A stretch of 64,000 nt of DNA from a virus: IMG/VR virus record IMGVR_UViG_3300037067_022550; one strand, written 5' to 3'. Positions 1 through 9,408 of this stretch are shown here, piece after piece. The number at the start of each line of letters is the position of its first letter. The stretch's first letter is position 1. The notes beneath the pieces were generated by a model. It was not told the origin of the DNA and did no database searches. It was given only the letters and a program-made list of their open reading frames with translations. The position numbers and the translations under genes are program-made.

Positions 1-258
1 GCCATTGCCATTCTTCTTTTTTTAAAGAAATATTCTCATTGCCAATTGTTCCCATATAAAAACATTTTAAAACTACTTTTTGAGAAACCCATAAAATAAA
101 ATTATTGCCTGGCAAATTTAAAAATTCAGGATTTTCACAAAAAGTTATTATATCTACTATGCCAGATTCTGGGATATCTAGTTTCTTATCTATGGAAATA
201 TCTTTTCTGCCATAAAGAATCTCGTCAATAGCACTAGAAATCTGATTGTTATCTGCCA
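1..258 (-). CDS. hypothetical protein, partial (N-terminal about 86 aa; continues beyond window start)
   Basis: Open minus-strand frame from ATG at 256-258 (MADNNQISSAIDEILYG...) running off the window. Start is 4 nt downstream of the stop of 262..1158, consistent with an operon. Confidence 0.4.
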
Positions 259-261
259 TAA

Positions 262-1158
262 TTATATTTCCGTCCAAAAAACATTTTCTTTGTCACAAGT
301 AATAGATTTAATAAAACTTGTTGTCGAATAAATTGTTTTTATTTCATTTTTATTAACATCTATTTTTCTGATCTTTTTACAGTCATCTATTACAAATATG
401 TTCTCATCAAAACTACAAATCTCTGATGGGAATCTAAATGTAGATTTGTTGCAATCACCATCTTGTTCTCCTTCTTTTGTTGGAATACCTATTATTTTAG
501 ATTCCTTCCATTCTTTATTTTTTGAAAAAGAACGTATAATATGATTGTTAGTGTCTGCCACAAAAAGCTCATTGATAATATTAACAAAACACAATCCAGT
601 AGGGCAATTAAAAGAAATGTTTGAAAGATTAGTGGACGAACAAAATCCAGGTTTACTATTGCCAATAAAGTTATATATTCTTCCAGAATTATCTATATAA
701 TTAATCGAATTATTTTTATATCTTGATACAAAAACTATATTGAAGCCATCGATATACTGTATGCAATTGGCTTTTGTTCTAAGATTTATGTGATCCATAG
801 ATATAATATTCCTTGATATTTGCTGAGATTCTAATTTATTATTTGAATAGCTATTAGTCCACGAAAACAGCAATGAGCTTTTAATATAAAAGCCAGAAAC
901 ACCATTTTTATTATCTTCCAAAAAAATTCTATTGTGGTTTTGGCTCAAACATATGCTTTTGGGGAAGGTTATATTGTCTTCCTTGTATAAAATAATATTT
1001 TTTTTATCCAGAGAAAACATTGATATGTTGTTTTTACTGAAATTAGAATAAAAAATACCATTAGTTTCCTTACAAAAAGCAATAGAAAAAACAAAGTCTT
1101 CTGTTTCCATCAACTTTTCTATGGAATTGTCTTTTAGGGAAAGTTTATTTAATTTCAT
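262..1158 (-). CDS. NHL-repeat-like beta-propeller protein
   Basis: 298-aa ORF. Repeated segments resemble NHL repeats (e.g. LFVADTNNHIIRSF, IFVIDDCKKIRKIDV). Confidence 0.5.
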   Translation of the reverse strand: MKLNKLSLKDNSIEKLMETEDFVFSIAFCKETNGIFYSNFSKNNISMFSLDKKNIILYKEDNITFPKSICLSQNHNRIFLEDNKNGVSGFYIKSSLLFSWTNSYSNNKLESQQISRNIISMDHINLRTKANCIQYIDGFNIVFVSRYKNNSINYIDNSGRIYNFIGNSKPGFCSSTNLSNISFNCPTGLCFVNIINELFVADTNNHIIRSFSKNKEWKESKIIGIPTKEGEQDGDCNKSTFRFPSEICSFDENIFVIDDCKKIRKIDVNKNEIKTIYSTTSFIKSITCDKENVFWTEI

Positions 1159-1175
1159 AAAACGTCCACAATGCT

Positions 1176-2522
1176 TTAGGGCAACTTTACAATATCTACT
1201 TGATCATCTCTCAAAACCAATTGATCCAATCCTCTTCTAAAATCAATAACTAAATCTATATAATCGTCCCTTGGAATAACAGATAAGACTTGACCTGAAT
1301 GTAAATAATATGTTTTTAACCCCTTATCTGTGCAAACGACTTCTGCATTAATTAGTTCATCTTGTTTAAAGTCTGAAATTTTTTTGTTGTTTTTCTGGGA
1401 TATTTTTGTCCACCAAGATTTTTTTATTCCTAGTCCCTTGTCTTCTTTTTCAATATTTATTTTAGCAATAATATTTTTTCCCATCTTATCAAAGCCGCAT
1501 ATTTCTTTATGAGACATATTATAATTTGGAACAAGAACAGAGGAATCAACTGCAAAATGACCAACAGAATAAGTTATAGGAATCCAATAATTTTCTAAAA
1601 AACTACTAGAATATACATTTCTGCAATATTCTTTTTTTAATGGAATTATATTGTTCAATAAAAGACTATTACTAAATTTTAATCCAATAATATTTTCATT
1701 TCTTTCAGCTATTACAACCGTATAATCTCCTGTTGTACTATCTTGATATATTTCTTTAATGTATGACAGAGGATGTAAATTATTTATAGACAAAACAGCA
1801 GATTCTCCGAATGCTTTTAAAATTTGTTTGGCATCTGCTTCTACTTTTGAAGTTTGGATAGCATTCTTAACCACATTGTTATTAGAAGCCGTCACTTCAT
1901 TATGTTCCTGCTGCATTTGAGCTGGCATTGCTGTAGATGGTTTAAGAGAAACTTGTGGAATTGCATTAATATCTTTATTTTCCACATTAGAAATTTTGTC
2001 AATTTTTTTAATTATGTCTATTAATCCAAAATAAACATTATTTAATTGATCGGTTTCGTCGTCACTGAAATCAGATTCATCAACAATTTTTTCAATTCCA
2101 TTTGTAATTTTATATATTTCTTCTCTTAATGTCTGCCATATTTTTTGTTTTTCTTCTAATTTATACTCTCCCAATTCCATATCTTTTTTTAATTCATCAA
2201 ATCTTTTTTCAATTAAAGATAATTGGTCTCCATAACATTCTAAAATTTTGTCATTTATGGCAGAATGGGTCTCATCTATGCCTGATTCTTCCATCGCTTT
2301 TTTATAAAAGTATAATTTTTTAGCTAAAACTATATTGGGATTATAGTCAACTATTTCACTAGCATAATGATGAGCTTCTGCAAATGTTGCAAATGTTGAC
2401 GGAATAGAAGGAATTAAACAATGATCTTCAATTGACGATAAAAAGGATTCTGGGGCATCTATTGTGTTATCGCCAATTTCAAAACAATATTTATCTATAG
2501 CTTTTGATATTTTTATAAACAT
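1176..2522 (-). CDS. hypothetical protein
   Basis: 448-aa ORF without stops, co-directional with neighbours. No recognisable motif. Confidence 0.5.
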   Translation of the reverse strand: MFIKISKAIDKYCFEIGDNTIDAPESFLSSIEDHCLIPSIPSTFATFAEAHHYASEIVDYNPNIVLAKKLYFYKKAMEESGIDETHSAINDKILECYGDQLSLIEKRFDELKKDMELGEYKLEEKQKIWQTLREEIYKITNGIEKIVDESDFSDDETDQLNNVYFGLIDIIKKIDKISNVENKDINAIPQVSLKPSTAMPAQMQQEHNEVTASNNNVVKNAIQTSKVEADAKQILKAFGESAVLSINNLHPLSYIKEIYQDSTTGDYTVVIAERNENIIGLKFSNSLLLNNIIPLKKEYCRNVYSSSFLENYWIPITYSVGHFAVDSSVLVPNYNMSHKEICGFDKMGKNIIAKINIEKEDKGLGIKKSWWTKISQKNNKKISDFKQDELINAEVVCTDKGLKTYYLHSGQVLSVIPRDDYIDLVIDFRRGLDQLVLRDDQVDIVKLP

Positions 2523-2564
2523 ATGTATGTGTTTATTACTAAAAAAATATCAAAAACCTTGATT

Positions 2565-3761
2565 TTAAATTATTTTTTTGATTCTGGGAAGATGATTAAT
2601 CTTTAAATTTTCATTAATAATAAAAGATGCTCTTTCTGATAATAATAAAAATTCTTTACTGACATAATCTATATCTATTTTTTCTTTTTTCATCAAACCG
2701 TATATTAAATTATTAATATAACCAATTAAATAGGGTTTGCGATATTTAAAACTATCAACATTACAAGCATTCAATTTTTCTTTCATTTCAACCAATTCAT
2801 CTAAATAGCGAACTTTCCAAAAATCTTCTGGATCATCCAATTTTAAACATCTTAAGTCTATAATTTTATTTCCGTCTGAAAAACCCCTTTTAACTGGTTC
2901 AGAATGGCAAGTTAAAATTATTTGACTATCATAGAAACATTCACTTATAGACTGTATGACATTCAAATGTCTATCGCTTTCAACATGCATAACAGCATTG
3001 TCAATCAGTATAATTCTGGGTTGGACTAGTTTGTTAAGTATAGTAGAAAATGTCTTAATAATTTTTTTCTCGCCAGCACTGCATTGTTTGTGACCTATAA
3101 CATTGCCATCCTTCTTAGCATTAAATCCCAAAACATAATCTCTAACTAAATTATTTAAACGAGTATCCTCACTTTGATCAAAAAGAGTTGTATCCTCAAA
3201 TATTTCATAACCAGTTATATTTTCAAATAAGTTTTTAAACCTATTCCATTGAGTTCTTTTAAGTTGAAATATATCCAATTCTTGATCAAACCTGGCAAAA
3301 AAACAAAAATAAGGCAAGAAATCAGAAACACTTTGTGGATGAAAAGAAATTACTCCGTTTTGTCTTGTAATGCACACATCATAATCATTTCCGCCAGATA
3401 TATGAAAAGTCCCTTTTACCATAAGATCTTGATCTTTAACTTTTATGGCATTTATTTTTTTTACATTTCTAATATATTTGGTAAATAAGGATTTATATCT
3501 TTGTTCATCATATTCTCCAAATTTACAAAAAAGCATTTGTATGGCTGAAAGAATAGTTGTTTTACCATATCCATTGGGGCCTATTAATCCTATCAATTGT
3601 TCCACTATATTATCTGTTTTTCTTGATGTAAAATCAATTATAACGTGTTCAAATAGCCCAAAGTTTTTTAGTTCTAACGATTTTAAACATATTTTGGGAA
3701 GCTGGGATTCAGATATGTTAGGTTGTAATAGACCTATAATGTTTTCTGTATTTTCATCCAT
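2565..3761 (-). CDS. P-loop ATPase (AAA_21/ABC-SMC-like; OLD/Abi-type ATPase architecture)
   Basis: Walker A GLIGPNGYGKTTILSAI near the N-terminus. Walker-B-like hydrophobic run IILIDNAVMHVE near the C-terminus. 398 aa. Confidence 0.6.
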   Translation of the reverse strand: MDENTENIIGLLQPNISESQLPKICLKSLELKNFGLFEHVIIDFTSRKTDNIVEQLIGLIGPNGYGKTTILSAIQMLFCKFGEYDEQRYKSLFTKYIRNVKKINAIKVKDQDLMVKGTFHISGGNDYDVCITRQNGVISFHPQSVSDFLPYFCFFARFDQELDIFQLKRTQWNRFKNLFENITGYEIFEDTTLFDQSEDTRLNNLVRDYVLGFNAKKDGNVIGHKQCSAGEKKIIKTFSTILNKLVQPRIILIDNAVMHVESDRHLNVIQSISECFYDSQIILTCHSEPVKRGFSDGNKIIDLRCLKLDDPEDFWKVRYLDELVEMKEKLNACNVDSFKYRKPYLIGYINNLIYGLMKKEKIDIDYVSKEFLLLSERASFIINENLKINHLPRIKKII

Positions 3762-3770
3762 AGGGGATCT

Positions 3771-4265
3771 TTATTTTTTTATTGAAATAATATTATTCAA
3801 ATCTTCAGTTAATATATTCTGTATTAAACTAATATGGAATTGAAACTTAAATGTTTTACTTTTAGGACAAAAATCCATCCCAAAATCTTTATGATTATAA
3901 CCACAAACAACTTTACCATATTCATCAGCGTCTATTCCAAGAAGCATTTTTAAAAACTTATTTATGTTTTTTCTAACTAAGAATTCTCCTATAAAATTAG
4001 CAAAATACTTGCTTCTTAATATAGGATATTTCTTCATGTTTTCATCCGTTAAACCTATTGATTTTTGAGATAAAGAAAATATAACATCGCCATTTTTACC
4101 AATGTCCTCATTTTTTATTTCTAAATTTTCACTACTAAATATTTTTAAAAACAATTCTGAGTCATTAGAAAATTGGCAATTATTGCAATTTTCTATTAAA
4201 GTTTTTTTACTTAAAACTTCTTTATTGTTAATCACATTTATCTCCATAATAAATATATTATACAA
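3771..4265 (-). CDS. hypothetical protein (operon partner of the ATPase)
   Basis: 164-aa ORF ending 9 nt upstream of the ATPase start. AT-rich promoter-like region at 4266-4371. Confidence 0.45.
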   Translation of the reverse strand: MYNIFIMEINVINNKEVLSKKTLIENCNNCQFSNDSELFLKIFSSENLEIKNEDIGKNGDVIFSLSQKSIGLTDENMKKYPILRSKYFANFIGEFLVRKNINKFLKMLLGIDADEYGKVVCGYNHKDFGMDFCPKSKTFKFQFHISLIQNILTEDLNNIISIKK

Positions 4266-4371
4266 ACTCTACTAAATATTTCATAAAACTTTTTTAAAAA
4301 CCTTATTTTAAATTCAACAAGGATAAATATGTATAAAATAATAATAATAGGTTTATACAAGAGATAATATT

Positions 4372-5106
4372 ATGATAAAAAATAATTGGTATCAAAAATA
4401 TAATAACCAAAAAATACAACAAGAAGCAGGCATAAAAGAAAACATACTCTATGCTCTAATGGTTTTATCTATTGTGGGTTTTGATTGGAAACTCATAGAT
4501 GTTATTTCAAATAAATTCAATGTTTCAAAACAAACAATAGTTGAAAAATCAAATATTAATAGCCAAGAAATGCAACAGATAAAAGAAATTATTGAGAATA
4601 AAAATAGAGATAATAGGTTTTATGAATTTATAAATTCTGCACAGCAAAAAGCAAAAGAAATTCAACAACCATTGCAACAACCATTAATAGTTACAAATAA
4701 AACCGTTGATGTAGTAAAACAATTAGAAGGATCTAATGCTAGTGCTACTTCTAAAATGGGAGCTTCAGGGATTATGCAGATTATGAGACCGGCATGGGAA
4801 GAAATAAATATAGAAAAACATAACGGCAAGTATCCATATGATAAGTTTAGATTTAACAAAAAAATTAACATGATGTTCGGCAAAGAATACCTAGAAAAAT
4901 TAGCTGAACAGTTGAATGCTGTTAAACACGAATGGAAAGCAGATCCATATTTTCTTTTATTCGTAGCTTATAATACTGGCTTAAAACATGCACAAGAATG
5001 CAAATATGACGAAAGGTTAATACTTAAACATCATCCAAGTGCCCACGATTATGCCACTAGAGGAATAAACCTCTTAAAACAAAAAATTAGCAATGTCTTT
5101 CATTAA
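4372..5106 (+). CDS. lytic transglycosylase (SLT domain)
   Basis: SLT-type motifs E-G-S...GIMQIMRPAW and VAYNTG. RBS-like AAGAGATAAT before the ATG. Confidence 0.65.
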   Translation: MIKNNWYQKYNNQKIQQEAGIKENILYALMVLSIVGFDWKLIDVISNKFNVSKQTIVEKSNINSQEMQQIKEIIENKNRDNRFYEFINSAQQKAKEIQQPLQQPLIVTNKTVDVVKQLEGSNASATSKMGASGIMQIMRPAWEEINIEKHNGKYPYDKFRFNKKINMMFGKEYLEKLAEQLNAVKHEWKADPYFLLFVAYNTGLKHAQECKYDERLILKHHPSAHDYATRGINLLKQKISNVFH

Positions 5107-5125
5107 AAATATTTGGTAGAATTCA

Positions 5126-6520
5126 ATGAGCGAAGACCAAACACAATATATTAAACAATTAGAAAATCAAATAGAAGAACTAAAAATAAAAGTTAGATCA
5201 TTACAAAATGAACTACTTGTATTAAAAAAAGAATCATTAGCAGTTGCAAAATTAGAATCAGAAAATCAAGAAGAAAAAACTAAAGACCTTAAATTGGAAA
5301 TAATAGAAGCTAATACATTGGCTAAAATAGCAGATTCAGCTAGTGTCGCCAAAAACACATTTTTAGCAAATATAGGACATGAACTTAGGACTCCACTTCA
5401 CAATATTATGGGCTCCGTAAATATATTGCTAAATCAAAATAATATTCAAGAAGAACAAAAGGTATATATAAACATTATTGACCAAAAAAGTAGGGATTTG
5501 TTGGTTTTAGTCAACGATTTGTTGGATATTTCTAAAATAGAAGCTGGAAAACTGTCTTTAAACTATGAAACAGTTAAACTTTGGGATTTAATCAAAGAAG
5601 TAAATAAATCTTTTGAAAACGAAATTAAAAATAAAAAATTAAAATATAGAGTGGAAATAGTCAAAAGCATACCTAAATATTTAGTTTTAGATCCTTTTAG
5701 ATTAAAACAAATATTCATAAACCTGGTAGGAAATGCAATAAAATTTACAGATAAAGGAAATATTAAAATTTGTATAACAAGATCCTTTAATGAAAACCTT
5801 GAAAACAGCAATAGAATAGAATTAGAGGTGTGCATATCTGATACGGGAATAGGAATACCCAAACAACAACAATCTCAATTGTTTAAACCATTTTCCCAAG
5901 TTCAAGATTCAAACCACAAACAATATGAAGGAACTGGTCTTGGACTGTCTATAGTAAAAAGACTAGTAGAAATAATGGAAGGCAGAATATGGATAGAAGA
6001 TAATATCCCAAATGGAACTAGATTTTGTTTTACAATAATAGCTAGTAAAATTGAAGAAAAAATAAACTGCTCTACAATAATTTGTAACGACTATTTAGAA
6101 AACAAAGTAAAAGAAGTTTTAAACAAAAGAACTCTATGCCTTATGATTGTAGAAGATGATATAATAAGTCTAGATATTTTAAAAATAATAATTAAACAAA
6201 AAAATAAAAATATAATTATTGCTTCTGCTAATAATGGGCAACAAGCAGTGGAAATATACAAGCAGGGAATAGTTGATATGATATTAACAGACATCCAAAT
6301 GCCACTTATGGATGGTTTTTCAATGATACAACAAATTAGAGCCATAGAAGATAATACTAATAAACATATCCCAATATTGGCTATGACAGCATCTGCAGGA
6401 GAAAAAGATAAGAAAAGATGCCTAAAAGCAGGAGCAGATTTCTATATAACAAAACCAGTTATAAGAGAAGATTTATACCAAACATTAGATAAAATGATAG
6501 GAAAATTTTATACCACATAA
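5126..6520 (+). CDS. hybrid sensor histidine kinase / response regulator (no TM segment, coiled-coil N-terminus)
   Basis: HisKA H-box FLANIGHELRTPLHNI. HATPase_c G-boxes DTGIGIP and GTGLGLSIVKRLVE. C-terminal receiver domain with LMIVEDD, DMILTDIQMP, AMTASA...K. Confidence 0.85.
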   Translation: MSEDQTQYIKQLENQIEELKIKVRSLQNELLVLKKESLAVAKLESENQEEKTKDLKLEIIEANTLAKIADSASVAKNTFLANIGHELRTPLHNIMGSVNILLNQNNIQEEQKVYINIIDQKSRDLLVLVNDLLDISKIEAGKLSLNYETVKLWDLIKEVNKSFENEIKNKKLKYRVEIVKSIPKYLVLDPFRLKQIFINLVGNAIKFTDKGNIKICITRSFNENLENSNRIELEVCISDTGIGIPKQQQSQLFKPFSQVQDSNHKQYEGTGLGLSIVKRLVEIMEGRIWIEDNIPNGTRFCFTIIASKIEEKINCSTIICNDYLENKVKEVLNKRTLCLMIVEDDIISLDILKIIIKQKNKNIIIASANNGQQAVEIYKQGIVDMILTDIQMPLMDGFSMIQQIRAIEDNTNKHIPILAMTASAGEKDKKRCLKAGADFYITKPVIREDLYQTLDKMIGKFYTT

Positions 6521-6606
6521 ATGTTTTTAATTTTAAATACAGAATAATGCAATGACAAGATGGAAGTTAATGGCAGGAGAGTCTTCTGTAAAGCTAATAA
6601 GGATAT

Positions 6607-7002
6607 ATGAACAATTGGTACAAAATAGCAAAAGAAGTTAAAAAGTTAGACACATTAAATAGAAATGATTTATTGTATAACGGCATAAAAAATCTATGTG
6701 AAAAAGAAGAAATTTCTTTTACAGGAGATAAGGCGTGGTTAACTCCCAACGGTTATTGGATTAATGTTAAAAATCATACAGATATATTTCCTAAAAGAGC
6801 TTCGGTTTCAGAATGTTTTTCTGAAATGGAAAAAAGAAATTGGTTTAGAGTTGTAAGAGAACACTATTGTGGAGGAAAATACATATATGTTGATACTAAT
6901 AATGGTCGTCAAAAAATTACTCCAATACAAAATTCTGCAATAAAAGAAGCCAGCCGACAATCAAACTGTATGGTTATAAAAAATCCAGACAAATGGTTTT
7001 AA
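6607..7002 (+). CDS. hypothetical protein
   Basis: 131-aa ORF following the histidine kinase on the same strand. Confidence 0.45.
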   Translation: MNNWYKIAKEVKKLDTLNRNDLLYNGIKNLCEKEEISFTGDKAWLTPNGYWINVKNHTDIFPKRASVSECFSEMEKRNWFRVVREHYCGGKYIYVDTNNGRQKITPIQNSAIKEASRQSNCMVIKNPDKWF

Positions 7003-7035
7003 TGCAACGGCAACATTTTGAAAACAGAATTGATA

Positions 7036-7731
7036 TTATTTGCAATTAACATTAGGAATAAGTGGCAATAAAATTGTTTTTATTTTTTTAATATATTCCA
7101 TTGAAGTTCTTTTTTCATTTCTAAAAAAAACATCTGGCAAATCTTTTTGAGGAACAAATTGTTGTAAAACATACTTCTTGCAATCTTTAATTGTTTTTGC
7201 AATTTCTGTCATTTCTTTTTCAGTATGTATCTTTTCTATTACAGTGGTTCTAAATTCATAATCAATTGCTTTATTTTTTATTAATTCTATACTTTTTAAT
7301 ATATTTTCAATATATTTGTATCCAACTAATTTATCATAATTGTCTAAACTGCATTTAATATCCATGGCAATATAATCAATTTTATCAATTATATCAAACA
7401 AAACTCCAGGTAAAGATCCATTAGTATCAAGCTTAATAGCAAACTTGTATTTTTTTAATAAATCAATTAGTTTTGGCAATGACTCATGAATAGTTGGTTC
7501 TCCACCAGTTAAAACAATACCATCTACCCAATTATCACTAAAATTATCACAGGCAAGTTTTATCTTATCCCATTCTATTCCACCTTTGGTGTTTTGAAGA
7601 AGAGTATAATTATGACAAAACCCACACTTAAAATTACATCCTGAAGTAAAAAAAACAGCAGCAATTTTGCCAGGATAATCAATAAATGTAGGATTTTTTA
7701 AATAAGAATAAACTGGAGACAAATCATGCAT
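7036..7731 (-). CDS. nrdG: anaerobic ribonucleoside-triphosphate reductase activating protein (radical SAM)
   Basis: CX3CX2C radical-SAM motif GCNFKCGFCHN near the N-terminus. Adjacent to nrdD. Size 231 aa. Confidence 0.85.
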   Translation of the reverse strand: MHDLSPVYSYLKNPTFIDYPGKIAAVFFTSGCNFKCGFCHNYTLLQNTKGGIEWDKIKLACDNFSDNWVDGIVLTGGEPTIHESLPKLIDLLKKYKFAIKLDTNGSLPGVLFDIIDKIDYIAMDIKCSLDNYDKLVGYKYIENILKSIELIKNKAIDYEFRTTVIEKIHTEKEMTEIAKTIKDCKKYVLQQFVPQKDLPDVFFRNEKRTSMEYIKKIKTILLPLIPNVNCK

Positions 7732-8126
7732 TATTTTCTTGCTAAATTAAAAACATGTTCAATCATTTTAGATGTTATTTTTCCATCATTATTGGAATAA
7801 TCAGTTTGCAAACCTAAATATTGATAAGTCATATATCCTTTACAAATTTCGTCTGTCTCATAATAATCATTTTTTATAGTAACATGTTGCTTTTCGTCTT
7901 TTTTTAAAATCAAGAAGGAAGGGATTCTTTGAGCATTTAAACAATCAAAATCGCAAAACATTATTAAACCATCTTCACTCATAACGTCTATAAGCTGTTT
8001 TTCAAAATCCTTATATTCATCTAGTTTTAATAATTCATCAATCTTATGATTCAAAGCCTTGCACTTTTCACAATCTTTTTTACCAAAAACAATTACTTTA
8101 TATTTTTTCATATTTTTATCTTTCAA
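7731..8126 (-). CDS. glutaredoxin/thioredoxin-like protein (NrdH-like)
   Basis: CxxC redox motif (VIVFGKKDCEKCKAL) at the N-terminus. Located between nrdD and nrdG. Confidence 0.5.
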   Translation of the reverse strand: MKDKNMKKYKVIVFGKKDCEKCKALNHKIDELLKLDEYKDFEKQLIDVMSEDGLIMFCDFDCLNAQRIPSFLILKKDEKQHVTIKNDYYETDEICKGYMTYQYLGLQTDYSNNDGKITSKMIEHVFNLARK

Positions 8127-8177
8127 AGCACCAAAATATTAACAAGTTATCTTACTTTTTTATAATTGTACAATTAT

Positions 8178-9179
8178 TTAATTTAAACTACAAACATTAT
8201 TTTTACATTTAATATGTTCTTTTTCAAATTTTGTTTCTATTTTGCCATTTTCGTCAGCCCTTTCAACAGAATAATAACCTTTATGTCTAGCTACTAATTC
8301 TCCATATCTTTTAGATTTGTTCCAGTTTCTAATTTTACTAAAATAACCCACTATTCTTGTTTCTTGGATTAAATTAGTAGAACCACATTTATCACATTTT
8401 TCTTTTAATCCTCTCATATTGTGATAGCAATTGTCACAATAAGTAAATTCTGGAGAAATAGCTATCTGTGCAGCTTGAGTAGTAAACAATATATTTTTAA
8501 TTAACTTAGCTATTGATTCAACAGATGGTTTCTCTTCTCCAATAAATGCGTGAATTATTGCACCAGACTCCACCATACTATGAAACTTACTTTGTTTTTT
8601 AATTCTTTCAATAATAGAAATAGGAGCATCAGCGGCAAGATGAACGCTATTAGTATAATAAATAGCATCATCATCTCCTTTAATAATCCCTTTTGATTCT
8701 TCTTTAAAAGAAATAGAATCTATTTTTGCCAGTTTTCTAGCACAACTTTCTGCAGGAGATTCTTCAAGAGTTATTTTTAGTTTGTTTTTTTCAGCATATT
8801 GTTTTACTTTTAAAAACATATAATTAATAATTTTTAGACCCAAAGACATTGCCTCATCACTTTCATGTAGTTCTTTTCCTATTATAAACTTAACAGCATC
8901 ATTGACCCCAATTAGCCCTATTATATAAGTAGATGAATCTAAATCTACATAAGGCTTTCCATCACAAGCCATTTTGCCAATCTGCCATAAAGGTTTTCCA
9001 GGGGCAGACATTAAATCTTTTATTAATTCTTTTTTCTGTAAATGAGCTTTAACAGCTAAATCCATTGCGTAGTCTAGTTCTTTCTTTAATCCATCTAATG
9101 TTTTTTGCCCTTTTCTAAAAGACCTATATGCAGCTTGAGGAATATTAATAGTTACATTTTGAAAACCACAAAATCTCAT
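8178..9179 (-). CDS. nrdD: anaerobic ribonucleotide reductase NrdD, C-terminal part (frame is open up to 9419)
   Basis: C-terminal Zn ribbon CDNCYHNMRGLKEKCDKCGS followed by glycyl-radical motif RIVGYF. Upstream in the same frame (9180-9419) encodes NrdD-like ...TLSACCRL... with no ATG needed. Confidence 0.8.
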   Translation of the reverse strand: MRFCGFQNVTINIPQAAYRSFRKGQKTLDGLKKELDYAMDLAVKAHLQKKELIKDLMSAPGKPLWQIGKMACDGKPYVDLDSSTYIIGLIGVNDAVKFIIGKELHESDEAMSLGLKIINYMFLKVKQYAEKNKLKITLEESPAESCARKLAKIDSISFKEESKGIIKGDDDAIYYTNSVHLAADAPISIIERIKKQSKFHSMVESGAIIHAFIGEEKPSVESIAKLIKNILFTTQAAQIAISPEFTYCDNCYHNMRGLKEKCDKCGSTNLIQETRIVGYFSKIRNWNKSKRYGELVARHKGYYSVERADENGKIETKFEKEHIKCKNNVCSLN

Positions 9180-9408
9180 AGATTCAGGATGTCTTAAAAC
9201 ATATTTATCATCAATTGTTGTTCTTAAACGGCAACAAGCAGAAAGAGTAACGGCATCTCTATCAAAAACAAAATAAGTAGAGCCGTTTTTACTTGCTAAT
9301 TCACAAGCTTTTATAAAGACATCATACTGTTCCTTGTCCTTGAATGTTTCTTCGCTAACATGAAAATCGCATTTGGGGAATTCAAAAACCCTACCATATC
9401 TATCACCT

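Noticed and set aside
1330-6345. Short ORFs embedded antisense or out-of-frame in larger genes (1330..1512, 2129..2323, 3249..3488, 3445..3843, 4662..4883, 5563..5862, 6091..6345)
   Set aside because: They are fully contained in longer, motif-supported genes on the other strand or frame, with low-complexity AT-rich translations and no RBS.
9180-9408. Group I intron in nrdD (by analogy to T4 nrdD/sunY)
   Set aside because: The downstream NrdD frame is open through the whole gap (codes TLSACCRL etc.). The two frames overlap within about 10 nt, which is consistent with a 1-nt frameshift, not an intron.
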